A stretch of DNA of 51,951 bases from Octopus bimaculoides. Its lineage: Eukaryota. Location of the stretch: contig NC_068983.1 of NCBI RefSeq assembly GCF_001194135.2, forward strand, positions 1,481,923 through 1,533,873, given 5' to 3'. Under the pieces are notes generated by a model. The model did not search any database and was not told the origin of the DNA. It saw only the letters and a list, made by a program, of their open reading frames with translations. Positions 48,913-51,951 of the stretch are shown here, in pieces. Within the stretch, counting starts at the first letter, position 1. Every line of letters begins with the position of its first letter. The translations under genes were made by a program, and so were the position numbers.

Positions 48913-50104
48913 TATATACACATATATGCATACACATATATACATACACATGTATTTTGGGGGCATAGATAGATATACGAAAATACGGAACAAGTCTTTA
49001 CGTTAAAAACTCAAACTACAGCAAGTGATGATCAATTAATTAATGGCAACCAGCGAGTGTGTTGCCTTAATTTAAATCATGTTGATGGGCGGATTGTGTT
49101 AAAAACAGCTATAAATATAATCGCACCAAGTTCATTCTTTTTTACAGCAAAGGTCAAAGCCATCAAGTTACAATTTAGATGGAAGAAGTCTTTTATGTTT
49201 ACTTTTTTTTTAAAGTCTAGTGTCGGCCATAAATTGTGTGGGATTATAACTGAAAAAGGCGTATAAGTGGAACTAGCAATGTGGCACGCGGCGATCACGT
49301 GTCTATTTTGGAACAAAGTCTGTGAATACAACATGACACAATCGCTGTCAGTTATTATAGTTGCTTCATGACTTTATCGTTTCAGAGAGGAAAGAATCTG
49401 GAAATTGTTTCCGTTGTTTAACATTTTCTTCAATTTATCATAATATATTTTATCAGCCAGACTCTCATATTTTTTTTTTACATAATTAAAGTTTGTTGCT
49501 TCCTTTCTGTATCATAAATATTGATAATCAGCTTCCCACACGTTATCAGTAGAGAGAAAGAAACCAAATCATAAGCTACATATTGAATTATATAATGTTT
49601 CTAATAAGTGTCTTCAGTCAAATATGGAAGATAAGAAAACAGAAAGAGGGTAATGAATAAGCAGTAAGAGGTTTTGAGACGAAAATAGCAAAATTCTGAA
49701 TATAGTCAAAATAGGCTTATATGTATATATATATACTCTCCAGTATAGGTACTACTTGTATGTCTTATAGAGATTTTGAACAAGCTACTTTGCTTGTTGC
49801 AAGATCAGCGGCTGAATGTCGCTTATTTTTCTATATAATGCGAGACAGGGCGAACGACTGCCATCTCTAGCGGACAGGTGTCCAGTGCAGAGAATGGGGG
49901 ATTACCCTGAAACGAGGCTGGTATATTGGTCCTGCCAAATCGGTAGATTGTAGGGGTTCGCTCCTCTGCTCGCAATATATTGGACGCAGGTTGTATCTTT
50001 GACAGGCTGGAGGAGGCGTTCTCCTGGGTTTAAAAAAGAGTAGTAACGTTGTTCGGTACGGAACAGCCATGTTGAAGTGGCAACAAACATTGCTTTATAT
50101 ATAT

Positions 50105-50121
50105 GTGTCTGTATGTTGTGT

Positions 50122-50153
<32 letters not shown>

Positions 50154-50290
50154 GTGTGTGTGTATGTGTGTGTAGGTATATATATATATGTGTATGTGTG
50201 CGTGCACGAGTGTGTTTGTGTGTGTACATTACATATATACATATAAATATATGCAAACATACATATATATATATACATACACGCATGCAT

Positions 50291-50348
<58 letters not shown>

Positions 50349-50358
50349 ACACATACAC
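50105..50358. repeat. (TG)-rich then (CA)-rich compound microsatellite
   Basis: Direct reading. Confidence 0.9.
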
Positions 50359-50949
50359 AAATATAGTTTTTTTTTAAGCACCACAATGAAATATCCGAAA
50401 ATAACTTCAAAATATCGGCTTCCTAGCTAACCAGGCTGGTTTAGTTTGTTCTTCCAGCCTTACGTCCAATGCTTTTTAACATGTTCATTTTGTGGTTCGC
50501 GCTATGCATTTAGCAATTAGATGTTGTATAAGTTAATTTGTTGACTGCAAAGCAAAGAAGTTGTGTAGGTAGGAGAGATGGTGAGGAGGAAAGTATATGC
50601 CTCTAGGGAGTGCGTAACTATTAAAAGGAATGGTGGACAGAGTTTTCCTGGTTTGATAGTCTTTGTTATTGTTTGGGTTCAAAATGGCATGCATGTAAAG
50701 CAGGATATTAGTAAACTTGACTTTTGTTATATTACACAATTTCCTATGGCTGTAAGATTCCCATTCAGTCATATCCGATGATCGCTAATGTTATCTCTCT
50801 ATTTCTAGGATATCAAAATGAAACCGTTCGCTAATATGTAATGGCTGTCATTTGACTATGATGATGATGATGAAAACAACAACAACAAAACAATATTAAT
50901 ATTAATAAAAGTAATAATATTAATAATACTAATAACAATAATATTAGTA

Positions 50950-51335
50950 ATACCCTGATGCAGAAGCGGGCAGTCTTTCTCATGGTCATTTATCTTAGCT
51001 GATTGGAAGTGTTATCATGTACAATGTCTTGTCTTGGTATAAAAAGATAGGCTGCAGCAAATATTCTGCTCAATACCACAGATTTGCTTGTCAGTTGTTT
51101 GACCTTAACCAGTTGAGCATGTCTCTTGGTGGCTGACGATATGTGCATCTCTGATCATGAGCAGGAGTAGTGGGGGAGCATCACATTCATGTGTTGAGAG
51201 GAATTCTTTGGGGTTTGGGTAATTCACCTCTGGAAACATGGGTGTTTTGTTCAACATCCTTATACAACCCTTATTCAGGGACCTTTTTAGCGAGACGGGC
51301 TACTCGACCTGAAGAAAATTCTAACTCGTTCCATC
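50950..51335 (-). repeat. Probable interspersed repeat (retroelement 3' region) next to an AAT-rich tail
   Basis: GC-richer non-coding block abutting the AAT-rich tract at 50865-50950; family not assignable. Confidence 0.4.
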
Positions 51336-51514
51336 GGTGAGTTCATGTGCTGCTTATCTTGATAGAATGTCATCATGTCGCGTATATACGGTTTTGATGC
51401 ATGTTCTTGGGGTACCCATATCAGACGGGTAGTCATGATGGGTACACTGGCCTTCGTATATTTGTACGTCAGTGTCAGTTTGATTACATGCACAGATCCC
51501 TCACTGAAAAATAA

Positions 51515-51737
51515 TAATGGTTTCAAGTTTTTGCACAAGGCCAGCAAGTTTGGGGTAGGGAGTATGCTGATTACATCGGCCTCCCCCAGTATATGACTGG
51601 TACCTATTTCATCGACCACGAAATGATGAAAGGCAAAGTTGACCTCGGCAGAATTTGAACTCAGAATGTAGCGTCAGATGAAATGCCGCTAAGCATTTCG
51701 CCCGGCGTGCTAACGATTCTACCAGCCCACCACCTTA
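51515..51737 (-). mobile_element. SINE family B, full length
   Basis: Reverse complement aaggtggtgggctggtagaatcgttagcacgccgggcgaaatgcttagcggcatttc..gagttcaaattctgccgaggtcaactttgcctttcatc. Confidence 0.9.
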
Positions 51738-51750
51738 CTACTATTATTAT

Positions 51751-51809
<59 letters not shown>

Positions 51810-51830
51810 TTGCTGCTGCTGCTAGTGCTG

Positions 51831-51896
<66 letters not shown>

Positions 51897-51922
51897 ATAA
51901 TAATAATAATAATAAATAAATA
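51738..51922. repeat. (TAC)n/(TAA)n compound microsatellite
   Basis: Direct reading. Confidence 0.95.
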
Positions 51923-51951
51923 AAATAAACTACAGACAGTACACGGCTTTA

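Noticed and set aside
50105-50358. TG tract followed by CA tract forming a hairpin
   Set aside because: Self-complementarity is expected by chance in such a microsatellite-dense genome, and similar cases occur at 27.3 kb and 30.6 kb.
50533-50772. Possible PLE N-terminal region on the minus strand
   Set aside because: Similarity (TLSTIPF..LPRGIYFPP) is too weak to call without a search.

Overview
AT-rich, microsatellite-dense animal genomic DNA from a draft assembly with several N gaps. The repeat content (tRNA-derived SINEs, CR1/RTE/R4-Dong/Tx1 LINE fossils, Penelope-like elements, mariners) is typical of a cephalopod such as Octopus; this is an inference. No complete host gene is visible. 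The only gene-like signal is a candidate signal-peptide exon on the minus strand (9604-9684). Almost all long ORFs in the supplied track are microsatellite or gap artefacts, or decayed transposon fragments. Three things stand out. (1) A Penelope-like element (23340-25792) has inverted terminal repeats that combine a tRNA-derived Pol III promoter, a (TAA)n spacer and a minimal type-I hammerhead ribozyme. Solo and fold-back copies of this module, plus two other hammerhead-like motifs, occur elsewhere in the window. (2) An 8-kb stack (about 11.1-19.1 kb) of co-oriented R4/Dong-type retroelement fragments from several families sits mostly at (TAA)n tracts. (3) Nested insertions and local template-switch or fold-back structures occur. 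Repeat boundaries were judged by eye and are approximate.
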